A DNA stretch of 62,413 nucleotides, counting the filler, from Piptocephalis cylindrospora (lineage: Eukaryota), in assembly GCA_003614145.1 (NCBI GenBank). It is 16 parts of 16 records of this genome, joined end to end, with 100 filler letters (N's around TTAATTAATTAA, not from the genome) between each part and the next. Parts side by side here need not be neighbours in the genome. Positions count along the whole stretch, not along the records: positions 35,302 to 39,104 come from KZ988623.1; positions 39,205 to 43,004 come from KZ988624.1; positions 43,105 to 46,888 come from KZ988625.1; positions 46,989 to 50,772 come from KZ988626.1; 12 more parts are not named here. One strand, 5' to 3'. The position numbers and the translations under genes were made by a program. This document shows, in pieces, positions 36,716 to 49,237 of the stretch; the first letter of the stretch is position 1, and each line of letters opens with the position of its first letter. The notes beneath the pieces were generated by a model that did not search any database, had not been told where the DNA came from, and saw only the letters and a program-made list of their open reading frames with translations.

Positions 36716-37369
36716 CGTAGAGTAAGCAACTAAAGAGTGGAGTGTAAAGAAGTGATCCCCACGGGAAGGAGAAGTAGAGTGTTAAATGCAAGAAAAGCTG
36801 AAGAAAGAAGAGATGGATGGGTCACCGAGGCGGAGCACACACGATATCCCGAAGAGATATTCAAAAGGCACAGTCCAAGGATATTGGCGTGTGCGTATTC
36901 ATTAGGCGTGGGGCGGCTACCCAACTATACCTTTTGGCCAAGATTGCCCCTAACCATGGATTAACCCTAATCCTAATTCTAACCATATATTAAGGTTGAG
37001 TAGAGAGGATCAGCATATTTATACGATCACTTTCACAGGGTTGTTGTTGAGCGTTAATGCAAGTTATTTTTATAAGATGAAGAGCTCGGATCATTTGTGA
37101 ATGAAACCCGCAGGACATAGCATTGTGTCTAGAGGCGAGTACACTGGCTTCCTTTATCACTAATACAATCAAAGAAGAGCAGAAAATTTATCCATTTATC
37201 CCAGCACGTCTATTCTTCTCCTCTCTAGAGACAGCATCACGATCACATGTTAAGCTCATGAAGCACTCGATGAAAAAGGAATTTGACTGGCTGCCTGGCG
37301 GTACTTGGCGCCAATCCCATCTTCACTCACATCCTGTCTCCAAATCACCTCCTCCACATACTCACCATT

Positions 37370-38960
37370 ATGTCTGAACACGAGAATAAGAAGTCTCTTC
37401 AAGAGGAGGAGCCAGAGGAACCCATCATCCAATTGGGGTATGCCGAGGACCCTGAGGACGACCTGACTTCTGAGTACTTTCCTTCCAAGATTGGTGGCAA
37501 GCCTGTAAGTCTACTTCCCTTACTGAGATGAATGGAGGAAAGCTTTTCATAACCTTTCATGTAGGCTTGGCTAAACCCGGAGACTATCCCGGGGGTCACC
37601 AAGTTGATGTGTTCTCAGTGCCAGCAGCCCATGACCTTTTTGCTCCAGGCAAGTGTGAGCAATATGTGAAAGGTGACGATCTTGCTGGCCACCTAAACCC
37701 CACTCCTCTTCAATGAAATATTAGGTTTACGCGCCAGAGGATGTACCGGATGATGCTTTCCACCGGGCTGTCTTTGTCTTTTGTTGTCGCCAGGGCAAAT
37801 GCCACCGTCAGTCCTCCAAACTGTAAGTGACCTTTAGATCCTCTCTACCTGGAAAAAGAGCTAACATGTGATCATTATGGCTTAGGTTCAAGGTGCTCCG
37901 TGCGCAATTGCCCAAAAATAACCCTTATTATCCCCTTCCATCATTTGAAGATGAGAAGGAGGAGGAGGAGGAGGGGGAGGAGGAGACTTCTCATATCCCT
38001 TGGAAAGGAACTAGTAAGTTTGACAAACTCGATCGCAGCAGATGAAGTAACGAATGGGTGGTGCTCCATCCTCCTCCTCATAATTACATTTCCGTATTTA
38101 GCTCATACCTGTGCGGTATGCGGCATCAAGGCCGAAAAGACATGTGGCGCCTGTCACGTTGCTCGGTATTGCAGCAAGGAGCATCAAACCATCCACTGGA
38201 CCCAAGGGGAGCACAAGCAGCAGTGCCCGGTCGTAGCCAAGGCTGGGGCGAACGGGGAGGAATTACCTACCCTCACTACCCCTGCAGGGAAATCCAGCAT
38301 GGACAAGGTGCATTTCCCTGTCAGTGAGATTGTCTCTGAGCCTGAACCTGCGGAGGAAGGAAAAAAAGGAAAGGATGGGGATGATGATGATGAAGAGTAC
38401 AACACCGGAGAGATAGAGCTACTACAAAGAATGCGTATCTCCGAAAGTAAGTTTTTTTTTGATGTATGAAGCTACATGCTATATTTGGATCCATAGTAAA
38501 TGAGGGTATATTTACTCATCTGATTTCTCCTTGAACAGACCCAGCTATGGCTGATGCCGTGGAGGATGCGGAAGACTCGGCAACCGAGGTGGATCCGGCC
38601 TTCCTCATCTTCCAGGACCGTGTTTCCCGCTCTCCCGACCAAGTGTTGAGGTAAGCGGGTTCGACAAAACCTCAATGGACGACAATATCCTTGACTAACG
38701 ACTATCACTTTCGGTCCCCTTTCAGGTATGGAAGAACAGAGTATGGTATGCCCTCCGGGCAGCCTCTTTGGCTTAGCGACCTTGGAAAGCCAGTGGAGGG
38801 TAAGGACATTCCCGCCTGTGAACGGTGCAAGGCACCACGGACTTTCGAGTTCCAGGTAAGCTCCTCGTCATCGTCGTCGTTGCCCTTTTGTTCAACCCCT
38901 CTCATATATTCCCCCTTTCTCATTCCCCATAGATCCTCCCCCAGATTCTCAATCATTTGG
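37370..38960 (+). CDS. PDCD2: PDCD2 (zf-MYND plus PDCD2_C), 3' end lost in low-quality sequence
   Basis: [32 protein letters not shown]...CGAC...[11 protein letters not shown] and [20 protein letters not shown]. Confidence 0.9.
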
Positions 38961-39747
38961 GAATCGTCATTTGGGGGCGGGTTCGTTGGGCTGGGGAAGG
39001 TTTGTGGGTGGGCCTCCGTGGGGACATTGGCGGCACAGGAGGGGAGTGTGGGGGGGGGTTGGCCCCCTCCCCCCCCCCCCCCCCCCCCACACCCCCCTCT
39101 TATCNNNNNNNNNNNNNNNNNNNNNNNNNNNNNNNNNNNNNNNNNNNNTTAATTAATTAANNNNNNNNNNNNNNNNNNNNNNNNNNNNNNNNNNNNNNNN
39201 NNNNGAGATCACCGAGAGAGACGACGATTTGGTGAATGCAAATGTAATACTCGGGTGATGGAGATGAGATCTGCCTTGATGAATAGAAATCGTTTTGGAT
39301 TACAGCAACTTTTTTCCGTGCAGAGAAATGAACTCTGCATTGGTATTACTTCTCGTAAAGAAATACCAATTGGTAATGTCCCCCTGGTATCAGGCATGCC
39401 GGCCATTTAGGCAGCTACTGTGTTTGAATATCCATCAGTCCACCTCATTAAGGGAAAATATATCGGCTTTATCATCATCCTCCGTTTCATTCCTGTTCAT
39501 TCACGATGAACATTACGTGATCGACTTTATCACCCATTATCATAAATAGCGAAAATAGATCGAAAATGGGGCAATTTTTTATTTTCTCCTGCTTAAAGCA
39601 ATATTTTTGTCAGTCCTATCTCCTTCCATTCATAGTATGGCGAGCTTCCGGGAAAACGAACTCGCCCCGAGGAAGTCCGAACATCCCTTTCCTTTCTCAT
39701 TCCTTAAAAGCGCAAAGTCCTTCCTCGCTCGCCTGTCCTCTCCTGCC

Positions 39748-40152
39748 ATGATCCAGCTCAAGTCGACCCTCAATGTTATTGACAACTCGGGAGCCTTGAT
39801 CGTCGAGTGTATCAAGGTGCTGCGAAATGCAAAGTCAGCTGGGGTAGGGGACGAAATTGTTGTGGCGGTGAAGAAGGCGCAACCCCAGTCTCTGCAGATG
39901 ACCAAGAGTGCCGCGGGTTCTGCAGGAGGGGCCAAGCTCAAGAAGGGAGATGTGAGGCACGCTGTCATCGTGCGGACGCGTAAGGAAGTGGGCCGACCAG
40001 ATGGCCGCTATATTCGTTTTGACGACAACGCCTGTGTCATGCTTAACAGCAAGAAGGAGCTCATGGGTTCTCGTATCCTTTCCCTAGTATCCGCTGAGCT
40101 CCGGGATCGAAAGTGGGGCAAGATTGTTGCACTGGCTCCCAGGATCCTATGA
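39748..40152 (+). CDS. MRPL38: Mitochondrial ribosomal protein uL14m (in-frame upstream ATG at 39637)
   Basis: [16 protein letters not shown]...AVIVRTRK...[15 protein letters not shown]. Confidence 0.93.
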   Translation: MIQLKSTLNVIDNSGALIVECIKVLRNAKSAGVGDEIVVAVKKAQPQSLQMTKSAAGSAGGAKLKKGDVRHAVIVRTRKEVGRPDGRYIRFDDNACVMLNSKKELMGSRILSLVSAELRDRKWGKIVALAPRIL

Positions 40153-40980
40153 GGTCGGAAAGGCTAGCGGTGGGGACGGGTGATTCCAGTAAATAGAGAC
40201 TGATATGTGTGCCACTTTTCTGACATGAACGACAAGGATCGTAGTGTAAAGGGGGAATGAGAATCTCGGGGCGTGTCCAAGTCTAGAATTGATACGACAT
40301 CATATAGTGGATGCAGCATTCGCTTACATGACCTTGGCTGGTTTGGGAATTAATTGCGATTTCTTTTATATTTTACTACTAGGATAATCACGGTCTTGCT
40401 ACACATATCTCACCAACACACGCGGAAAAAAAACTTTTATCTAACGTATCACTTTCCCTTATCCTAATAAGCTAGTAATGCATAAAGTATCCAATGCCAA
40501 GACAGGGCTCATTCTAATATACGTGTTGCTAGAATAAGAATAAGGAGAATGACACGCCCTCTTTTATAGCCAACCATCCCTTCTCTTGAGTCCATTTAGA
40601 GATGGTTAATTCATCAGACCTGTCCTATCACTGGCCAGTCCAATTCGTTGGGATTAATTAGCTTATTTTTACTGGCATGCTATTTATTGATCATAAACTG
40701 TAATTACATTAAATGACCGATCATCCTCCAAGGACTATTACTTTCAATCCGCGATAATGTTTCAGTATTCGATCATTTCAAATTCCTGCTCTTACACATA
40801 AATAAGCATATTTTTGGACTTGTTCTCATGCTAGATTAGCTTCATTCAAAATCGTATAGATAAATGGCCTGTAGTATAAATCAAGGGGAGCGGAGATCAC
40901 ACGACCTTCCATTCCAACTTCTCACCTCCTTCTCTCACATTCCCTTCCCTTAATCGTCTCCCTCTTCGTCTCACAATCGA

Positions 40981-42106
40981 ATGTCACTGAATATGCCCCT
41001 GTTAGCCCTGACTGCAGGTACTTTGCTCGGAGGGGTCGCTTTGAGACGGTATTGCTCTGGGGGCAAGAATGAGCATTGGCCTGATCAGACCGGTCGATAT
41101 GTCCTCATCACAGGTGAGCGCTACTTTCTTGGACTCCAGCTTTCTAGAAGCCATCCTGACCGACAGCCCTTGACTCTTCTAACCTCTCATCTTTCTAGGA
41201 GCCAATTCAGGAATTGGGCTGGAAACTGCGGTAGGCCTGGCCAAGCTGGGAGCCACGGTGACCGTAGCGTGCCGTGACTCGGACAAGACACGAAAGGCCG
41301 TGGAGGAGATCATGACCCGATCTGAATCCAACCTCATTACGGCCATGTACGTTGATTTAGCCGACCTCCGATCAGTCAAGGCCCTGGCAGACCGATATCT
41401 TGCGACCGGGCAACCTTTGCACACCTTGATTAACAATGCTGGCCTGGTCATGATCTCCACCAAGGAAACCTCGGTCCAGGGTCATGAGAAGACCCTTGCG
41501 GTTAATCATCTAGCTCATCACTACCTGACCCGGAGGCTACTTCCCCTCCTCCGGGACTCTGCTCCTTCCCGCGTCATCCATGTCTCGGCTGCAGCCCCAT
41601 CCGGTATTTCGGTCAACTTGGAGGACCTGGAATTTGAGGATACCCCCTATGTCCCTCGGGAGGCCTATAAGAACACCAAGCTCCTAAATATCCTGGTTGC
41701 GGCCCACATGAACCGTCTGACTGAGGATGTGGGCGTTCTGGCGGTCTCGGCCAGTCCTGGTGTGGTCCGGGACACAGATGCGGGAAGATATATCTTCCAG
41801 ACTCCGCGCATGGCCATGCTTCGGGATTACCTACTGAATCCCCTAGGCTACGTGATAGCCAAGAGCCTTGAGGAGGGCGCTCAGACCAACCTCTACTGCG
41901 CTTTGGCTCCATGGGACGAGATGGAAGGTGGGGCGTACTACAAGGATTGCCAGGCCATGGTCCCTGGATGTGCTCAGATGTCTAGCGTCGAGGCACAAAA
42001 GAGGGCTTGGACCATCACTGAGAGCATGCTCGCGGATTGGCTCAAGGATGTTGAGACCATATGGTCTCTTGATCCTGTATCTACCAATCCTCCTACGGAT
42101 TGGTGA
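40981..42106 (+). CDS. Short-chain dehydrogenase, RDH12-like; intron 41114-41198
   Basis: ITG/ANSGIG, LINNAG, NHLAH, YKNTK and EEGAQT. Confidence 0.9.
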
Positions 42107-42464
42107 GGAAAAAGGGTGAGGGAATGGGGAGTGTTGAAGAGCATCTATCGGATGATATGAAGGGAAGGCGTGAAAGGAAGCACAATACTATTTCAGCTTA
42201 GGTTATTGTTGATTCTTCCCTCTCATCATGCTTTGTTAGCAGTCTGCTATACAAGTGGACGCGTATTTGGATATATTATTTGCTCATACGGTTATTGAGA
42301 TGCATGTGCGGTCTTTGAAGCGTAAAGTGCACCTTGGCCTGCTAGATGATGCCTAAGAATGTACTCGCGTGGACTCCACTTTAGAGATCAGTCAGTCACA
42401 GGATTTGATGTGCGTGGATGCCATAGAAATCCCCTGCTCTTTTATTCTTTCCCACATCTTGATC

Positions 42465-42952
42465 ATGGAGCTGCCCCAGGTTGGTATACATTGTGCCCTG
42501 GATACTTGCCAGGCACTAGGTGAGTACTTGAGCAAGGCTGATCACGGTGGACCGAAGGGTGATCCCTGATGAAGCCCCTTCTCCCACTTTGCTCGGTAGA
42601 CTTTTTACCCTACCGTTGCCCAGCATGTCAGGAGGCCTTTTGGTCAGTGATGTTTCCTGGGTTCCCTATCGTGTCTCAAACCTCTATTGACCTCCTTGTG
42701 TCATTTTATTTCTAAAGTTCTAAGCATCGGTTTCCCGATAGTCATGACTGTGTGAGCAAAGATAGTAAGGTAAGGTCCCCGTCACCTCCCCTGATCCGAC
42801 GGTCTAATTCTCATCTTGTGTAGATGGCCAGCCAGGTACCCACACCTCAGGGGCGACCGCCGGTACGTCGACCATGCCATCTAGCCTCGTGTCAAGATCG
42901 GGTCCTTGCCCTGTCCAGCTGTCCCAAATGTCATCATTCATTTTGTCTAAGG
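42465..42952 (+). CDS. AN1 zinc-finger protein (ZFAND1/Cuz1-like), 5' part
   Basis: MELPQVGIHCALDTCQAL/DFLPYRCPACQEAFC/SKHRFPDSHDC and a second finger CHLASC...CPKCHHSFCL. Confidence 0.85.
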
Positions 42953-43104
42953 TAGGACAAAAAATTTGCCATGTTAAGATGACCGTACCTCCATTCAATT
43001 ACACNNNNNNNNNNNNNNNNNNNNNNNNNNNNNNNNNNNNNNNNNNNNTTAATTAATTAANNNNNNNNNNNNNNNNNNNNNNNNNNNNNNNNNNNNNNNN
43101 NNNN

Positions 43105-43160
43105 AAGGTAGACTTTCCACTGGCGGGCGGCCCAACCAAGATGAGGATGGCCTGAGTCAT
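43105..43160 (-). CDS. N-terminus of a P-loop kinase (AAA_33-like), truncated
   Basis: MTQAILILVGPPASGKST Walker A motif at the contig end. Confidence 0.55.
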
Positions 43161-43766
43161 GTCGTGCTGGAATAGGGTAAGGGATGTGGGTTGTGTGAGG
43201 AAGGAGGAGAGGAGTTATCGACCTGACTTTGGTTGATCGGAGGCAGCACCATCGATGCTTTACAGACTTGCAAGGCTGGGGTCCATGCTATTGAACATGG
43301 CTTTACCTCATAATTTATCTAGTCATGATCTGATTATTCAAGTAAAGCAATTTTCCCACTTGTCATGCCCTGCCTATCACGCCCATCCATAGATAGCCTT
43401 GTTACCCATCTACCCCGGTCTACCAACGCTAATCAGCTTTCTATTATGGCAATGTTAACCTTGTATCGTCATGCAGTTCTTCACCGTATAAAAATGAAGG
43501 TATGGAAGAGTAGGTAATGTATGCCATCTGCTCACGCGTCACATACTCTCCCCCCAAAGCGACCCCAAACTGGGGAATGAGATGGACCTGTATGATGTGA
43601 AATATAGTGGAGCCAGGCAGTAAAGTGGGGATTTTTCTTTTTTAGCTTCAGTTGTGAGGTAATGACACAAGGGAGTGAGTTGGTGTTGTGCAACTAGCAT
43701 CTCCTCCCGTCGAGGACCTCTTCCTCCTTCCACTCCATCCAACAGGCATCCTAAGAGGAAAGCGAT

Positions 43767-45071
43767 ATGCAAGACCTATTGCATGGGTACTATCAGCAGT
43801 TGGGAGGGCTTGACCCGGATGCCTCGGCTCCTTCCCCACCTCCTGGGCCGGTGAACGGTGAATATCAGGCTCAGGGTAAGATTGTCCGAGTACGTCGGTT
43901 TAGTCGTCGACTCGTCTTTGTAGACGTCCGGATGGGTCAATGCAAGCTGGGTGGGGAGGATACACAAGAGGAGGCACCTTTGTCGTCATGCAGTTGCGGG
44001 AAGGTGGAGGCAGTGCTTGCAGCGGCTCAGTGTGCAGACCTACCCAGCCTTCACCGTGGGCTCAAGCTTGGGGACGAGGTCCGAGTGCATGGCTCTGTCC
44101 TTCAACTCAAGGCCCCAGCCCCGGCTCCACGCACCCTGTTGGAGGTAAGTCGAGCGGATATCCTGGCGAAGGCGTCAGTATCCGGTCTAGGCAACGCGGT
44201 AGAGGAATGGCACGCACCTCGAGTGGAACGGGCCGAGGCACGGTCTGATTCCTCCAAGGTCGCCAAGACGTCGACGAACGAGACTGGGTTATGTAAATTC
44301 TGGGTTAATACAGGAAGGTGCGAGCGGGGTGGGGAGGAAGGTTGCCCGTATCGACATCCTACGGGAGCCGATCTGATCCGGGAGCGAAAGGTCTGGGTGG
44401 CACAAAGAGTGGAGTCGAGGATGCGGTCGCAGCAGCGGGCAGATGATCCGTTTGAGCCGGGAAGGAAGAAAAGAAAATCGGGTCGGGCGCTCATATTTGC
44501 CCAGTGGATTCACACGACATTTGGCAAGCCGGACCACGCCATCTATCGGGTCCTGGATGTAGCCGGGGGCAAGGGTGCGGTGGGTCTGGAGCTGGAGCAC
44601 TCCTTTAACCTCCCCTCCACCCTAATCGATCCTCGGGAGCGTATCCTACCCAAATGGACTCTCCGGAACCTAGGGGACAAGGAACTGAATGCGCATTGGA
44701 AGGGCTGGTTTGTGGATCCTCCTTGCGAGGAGCTCGACGGCCTTCTTCAGGGCACGACCCCCCCTTCCCACACCCTTCTGATCGGTCTTCACCCGGATCA
44801 GGCGACTGAGGCCATTGTAGACATTGGTCTGCGTCTCGGGATGCCCTGGGCCATTGTGCCATGCTGTGTCTTCCCCTCTCTCTTCCCTGAACGTCGATCG
44901 CCTACGGATGGGGAGGAGGTGACAACAACGGAACGGTTCATTGATTATCTTCAGGCCAAGGATCCGGGAATACAGCATGCCTATCTTCCCTTTGAGGGGA
45001 GGAATCGCGTCTTGTACTGGATGCCTCCTGGCGCCGACCAGAGCAAAGCAGAGGGAGATGCATTCTCTTGA
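43767..45071 (+). CDS. OB-fold + CCCH zinc finger + class I SAM-methyltransferase-like protein
   Basis: GKIVRVRRFSRRLVFVDV...LKLGDEVRVHG; CKFWVNTGRC...CPYRH; VLDVAGGKG; IGLHPDQATE...VPCCVF. Confidence 0.8.
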   Translation: MQDLLHGYYQQLGGLDPDASAPSPPPGPVNGEYQAQGKIVRVRRFSRRLVFVDVRMGQCKLGGEDTQEEAPLSSCSCGKVEAVLAAAQCADLPSLHRGLKLGDEVRVHGSVLQLKAPAPAPRTLLEVSRADILAKASVSGLGNAVEEWHAPRVERAEARSDSSKVAKTSTNETGLCKFWVNTGRCERGGEEGCPYRHPTGADLIRERKVWVAQRVESRMRSQQRADDPFEPGRKKRKSGRALIFAQWIHTTFGKPDHAIYRVLDVAGGKGAVGLELEHSFNLPSTLIDPRERILPKWTLRNLGDKELNAHWKGWFVDPPCEELDGLLQGTTPPSHTLLIGLHPDQATEAIVDIGLRLGMPWAIVPCCVFPSLFPERRSPTDGEEVTTTERFIDYLQAKDPGIQHAYLPFEGRNRVLYWMPPGADQSKAEGDAFS

Positions 45072-46049
45072 GAAAGTCTATTTTGTTGCTTTAGTGTTCC
45101 TGTGTACAATGCGCCTTGGGTTCGACCTGGACTAGGCGCTGGTGTGCCCTCTTTATCGGTGCTGTTATAAAGATGAATGTATGCCCTTGATCCTAGTCGT
45201 CGGTTCTTTTTCGCGTAGTTGGCTAAACCTTGTACACTTTACGCCTCATTGATCATGCGATTACCTCATTTATGATGTAAGCATTCTCCAGGGTGAAACC
45301 TTGGGACATTGTATCGGCTTTGATAGAAAGGCTATTCTTACATGCTGAACTCTCAGCAAGTATGGTCGGTACAAGAACACGTTGAAGGATCCATCCTACT
45401 TGTTTACCTTTTTCTCTTCTAGTTGGCTCATTCTAGACATCCTTTATTTCGATTTGATTAAACCCGTACAATAAAAGCTGAGCTTTCTCTCTCTCTCCTT
45501 TATTTCGATTTGATAGATTAAGACGCGCTCATCCTCCCTTCTTCCTCTTTCTCCAGAAATAGACGTACCGTTCTTGTTGTAGGTATGAATAGCGAGATAG
45601 TGGGTAAACTGTAGTGTCGATGACCTGTAACCATCGCTGAATCCTCTATTTGCTACACTGCTCACATCTCTAAATTATCTAGCCCTAAGTCATGGAGGTG
45701 TATAGAGCGCGTATTATGCATAGTACCCATGTCCTCATTCGGCAGTGCCCCGGCCAAGTTGCATGGATGACGAAGGTCAATGCCAAGGAATGGGGAGGAT
45801 GCTAGTTGATACCACCTCACCGTTGCTGGATCAGCATCGCGCATCCCTCTAGAAGGCCGGTGGAGGATAAGGCACATATGCAGTGATCATTGGACCAATC
45901 GATAGGATGAGCCATCTAGGATGGACGCTCCTATGTTCATTCTGTATGTCATAGGGGGGAAGGGGAGAGGGAGAGAGGAAGAGTTACGGACGGGGAAAAG
46001 GAAGCATCCCTTGCATTATCGTACACTTCCTGGAGCATCTCTCCCCCAT

Positions 46050-46841
46050 CCAGATGCTCTTCGTACAGCAAGCGGTAGGCCTTCCCATCCACTCATATTC
46101 CTCCACCAAGCGCTACCCCTGTCCTTCTTCCTCCTGGGCCTTGGGGAGCACATGGATTCACCAGGGCAGGGAAACGAACCTTGGCCCCGCCCCTTCTTCC
46201 CCTATAGACCCATTGTCCATCCAGGTTGACGGGCGATAGTGCTGCATCCCTTGACCAGATACATGACATCGGTCGGAGTTTGGCTGGTTTGGAGAATGAG
46301 AAAGGGGCACTATCCGGGCAGAGTATGTCCGGCTACACGCGGTCCATATTCTTCGTCCCGGCTCATCCTTGTCCTCAACATAGCCTGGCAGGCCACACTC
46401 CCTTTGGTCAACAGGGGTCCTATGCCTCATTTACTCCCGAAGGACACTGTCTATTCGACTGGGTGAAACCTACCGCTTGGCATGAGCAGGCCAAAAAAAA
46501 GAAAACGCAAGGTAAAAGAAAATGCAAAATGCAAAATACGATCATACTCGCTTACCTATTCATCCAGCTCTATCGTCATCACCCCACGCCTCGTATTATG
46601 ATCTGTATGCCTTGTACTTCGGTATGCATTGGGTTTCCCCCTCATTACTGTTCTTTCACCCCCTGGTCAACCCTTCTATCCAGGCCCCCAGCCTGCCTTC
46701 TGCCACATCGTGTGGTTGGTCATACTGCATTCCCGCGTAAACTCCGACTCATCACGGGGCCAGTGCCTCCTCCCGCCTAGGACAATAGCGTCAGTGCACC
46801 GTGTAGGAAGCGAGCCCGATGTGTCTGTGTGGGATGGGCAG
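46050..46841 (+). CDS. Possible multi-exon hypothetical gene
   Basis: Series of GT..AG-bounded short open segments with no recognisable motif. Confidence 0.25.
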
Positions 46842-46988
46842 GTGTAGTTATCCTCATTCTTCCTCCCTTCCTTTCCGCCTTGTCGATGNNNNNNNNNNNN
46901 NNNNNNNNNNNNNNNNNNNNNNNNNNNNNNNNTTAATTAATTAANNNNNNNNNNNNNNNNNNNNNNNNNNNNNNNNNNNNNNNNNNNN

Positions 46989-47140
46989 GCGCTGGCCCCC
47001 TTACCCCCAATCCTCTTCTCATCCGGGTTGAGACCAATGCCGGCCACGGGGCGGGTAAGCCACTCGATAAGGAGCTTGAGGTTGCGGCTGATAAATACGC
47101 TTTTATCGCCATGGCCCTTGGGGCCATCTGGAGAGATTAG
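46989..47140 (+). CDS. Prolyl oligopeptidase (S9A) C-terminus
   Basis: NPLLIRVETNAGHGAGKP...ADKYAFIA, containing the catalytic His motif. Confidence 0.88.
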
Positions 47141-47756
47141 GGATGAGAAAAATGTGCTTCCTCAATGAACTTGGTGATGTTCTTACGATTTTTCTACTAT
47201 GTGTTTTTTTTGTTGACTGCTGCCTTATATTCAAGATCGCGTAAATGCGAGGTGAGATCACTGCTCCCTTTCTCTTCCAGTATGAATGGGGATTGTTCGG
47301 AAAAAAGCACCACGATCTGAGAGAAGTCTCAGTCAAGAAGGACCATGTCCTTCTTTATCTTGAGTCGCGTCAGATCCATGATCAGCCATCTGACCAAGCC
47401 CCGCCCTCTCGTATCAGATCAAGTAGATTTTTTTTCTTTTGGACAATCCATTATGAAATGGGTACACGCCAAAGCGGATATGTGATGAACGCGATTCTGA
47501 GATCTTGGATCGAATGGTGTAGCTCAGCGCGGTGCGGACCTACCGCGAGAAACCGAGCTCCGGCGCCTCCCTAATGCCTTCACAGCATCCGATGACGTTT
47601 TGGGGGGGAGAGAGGCTGGATCAAAAGGCATAAATACTAAGCCACGACGCAATCCATCTATCTCGGATCTCCAGCTCAATCCATCTCCTCTTACTCTCTC
47701 CCCCTTCATCTTTATCTCTCACTTCACTTGCTCATCCCAGCTGCAACCCATCCACC

Positions 47757-48008
47757 ATGCCTCCCACCGGAAAATGCGCCGATAACTGCACGTGTGCTGG
47801 GCCCTGTTCTTGTAAACCCAAGTGTGCTTGTGGTCCATCCTGCTCCTGCCCGGAGGGCCAGTGCAAGTGTGCCAAGCTGTGTGCGTGCAAAGGTGATAAG
47901 AATGCTCAATGTACCTCTTGTGCTGGGAATTGCAAGTGCGAAGCAGGCAAGTGTAAGTGCGAGGCGGAGACGTGCAAGTGTGAGGGAAAGGCTTCCTGTT
48001 GCTCCTAG
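47757..48008 (+). CDS. Metallothionein, 83 aa
   Basis: 23 Cys, mostly as CxC, with a terminal CC and no aromatic residues; TATA-like CATAAATA upstream. Confidence 0.88.
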   Translation: MPPTGKCADNCTCAGPCSCKPKCACGPSCSCPEGQCKCAKLCACKGDKNAQCTSCAGNCKCEAGKCKCEAETCKCEGKASCCS

Positions 48009-48517
48009 GAGAGCAAGCGAGGTATAGGTTGATAATCCCGTCTTGAAATGGTCCTTCCTATGCTACTCTAGGAGGAATGGTGGAGCAATGCAGTATTACT
48101 TGATCATTGACAAGATCATTGTCGACGGAAGAAATGTGATGTCTGGATGATGAGAAGGTATAGTCAATCTATATCAGTTTTATAGTATAGCAGATAGCTG
48201 TGAAGAAAGCCCTTTACCTTGCACTCCCAATCCAGATCAGTGACCCTCATACATATTGGCTTAAGGAATATACTCATCCTTTCCCCAACTCGCATTTCAG
48301 CACATCAACGAAATCCTAAATTGCACATATTTACGTTTACATCCTGGATATACGAGGAGGCTACAAAGATACAGTGTGGCATAGCAACCCCGCCCCTATT
48401 CGTATACTGTGGTGCTGCTATGGGGTGAAGAGAGCGGGTCATGTCGGTCTTTTCCAGCTCTTCTGTATCCCTTGAATCGTTTCCTTCTACTTTTACCTTT
48501 ACATCCCCCATCTAGTC

Positions 48518-49013
48518 ATGTCTGTCTTGGAAAAGTTCATGGACCGTACGTATACACAGAGCGTACTAAATATGCATAATAATCTCAAGCCCAACCCGCT
48601 CCTCCCCCTCTTTCTCTAGGTTCGGTGATTGTCATCACTCTGGATGGCCGTGTCCTTGTGGTAGATTCCTTTGGATACCCTGCTCACTCTCTATAGGCAT
48701 CACTCACACTTTCTTTCCCATTTCACTAGGGAGATTTGGTTGGCTTTGATCAAACCACCAACATCATCCTATCCTCCTGTCATGAACGCGTCTTCTCCAC
48801 GGATTCGGGAGTGCAGCGACAGGTCCTGGGTCTACATGTTCTTCGCGGGGATAACATGTACGTTTGGGATTATTGACCCTATCTTGCCTTACCCCGCCCT
48901 CCTCACCTTACCCAACCCTAGATGTGTCATTGGAGAGATGGATGCAGAGGTGGACAATGCCACGGATTACCCCAATATCAAAGCCCCCCCCCATCACCTC
49001 CCTCAAGCATTAG
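48518..49013 (+). CDS. LSM8: Sm-like protein Lsm8, 4 exons (apparent +1 in a C9 run)
   Basis: VIVITLDGRVLV/GDLVGFDQTTNIILS...HERVFS...LGLHVLRGDNI/CVIGEMD. Confidence 0.9.
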
Positions 49014-49237
49014 GGAGATTGAGAGACAAACAAGTCATCTCGACCTCCCTATCTCCTTTTTATTCCCTCTCCGAGCATAAGTTCCGAGTTGATGATTATG
49101 TACTTTGATTTCTTCCACATACCTCTTTCCATGCTTGGTCCCCGTAATGATAGTTTGAGTCATGAAAGAAGTGTATCCACGAGACATATGGTGTATTTAT
49201 TCATCATCACACCATCATCACACATGCAGAGACCAAA

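Noticed and set aside
46989..48008. Prolyl oligopeptidase beside a small Cys-rich ORF as a cyclic-peptide (POPB/MSDIN-type) cluster
   Set aside because: The ORF has no leader/core/follower layout and fits a metallothionein
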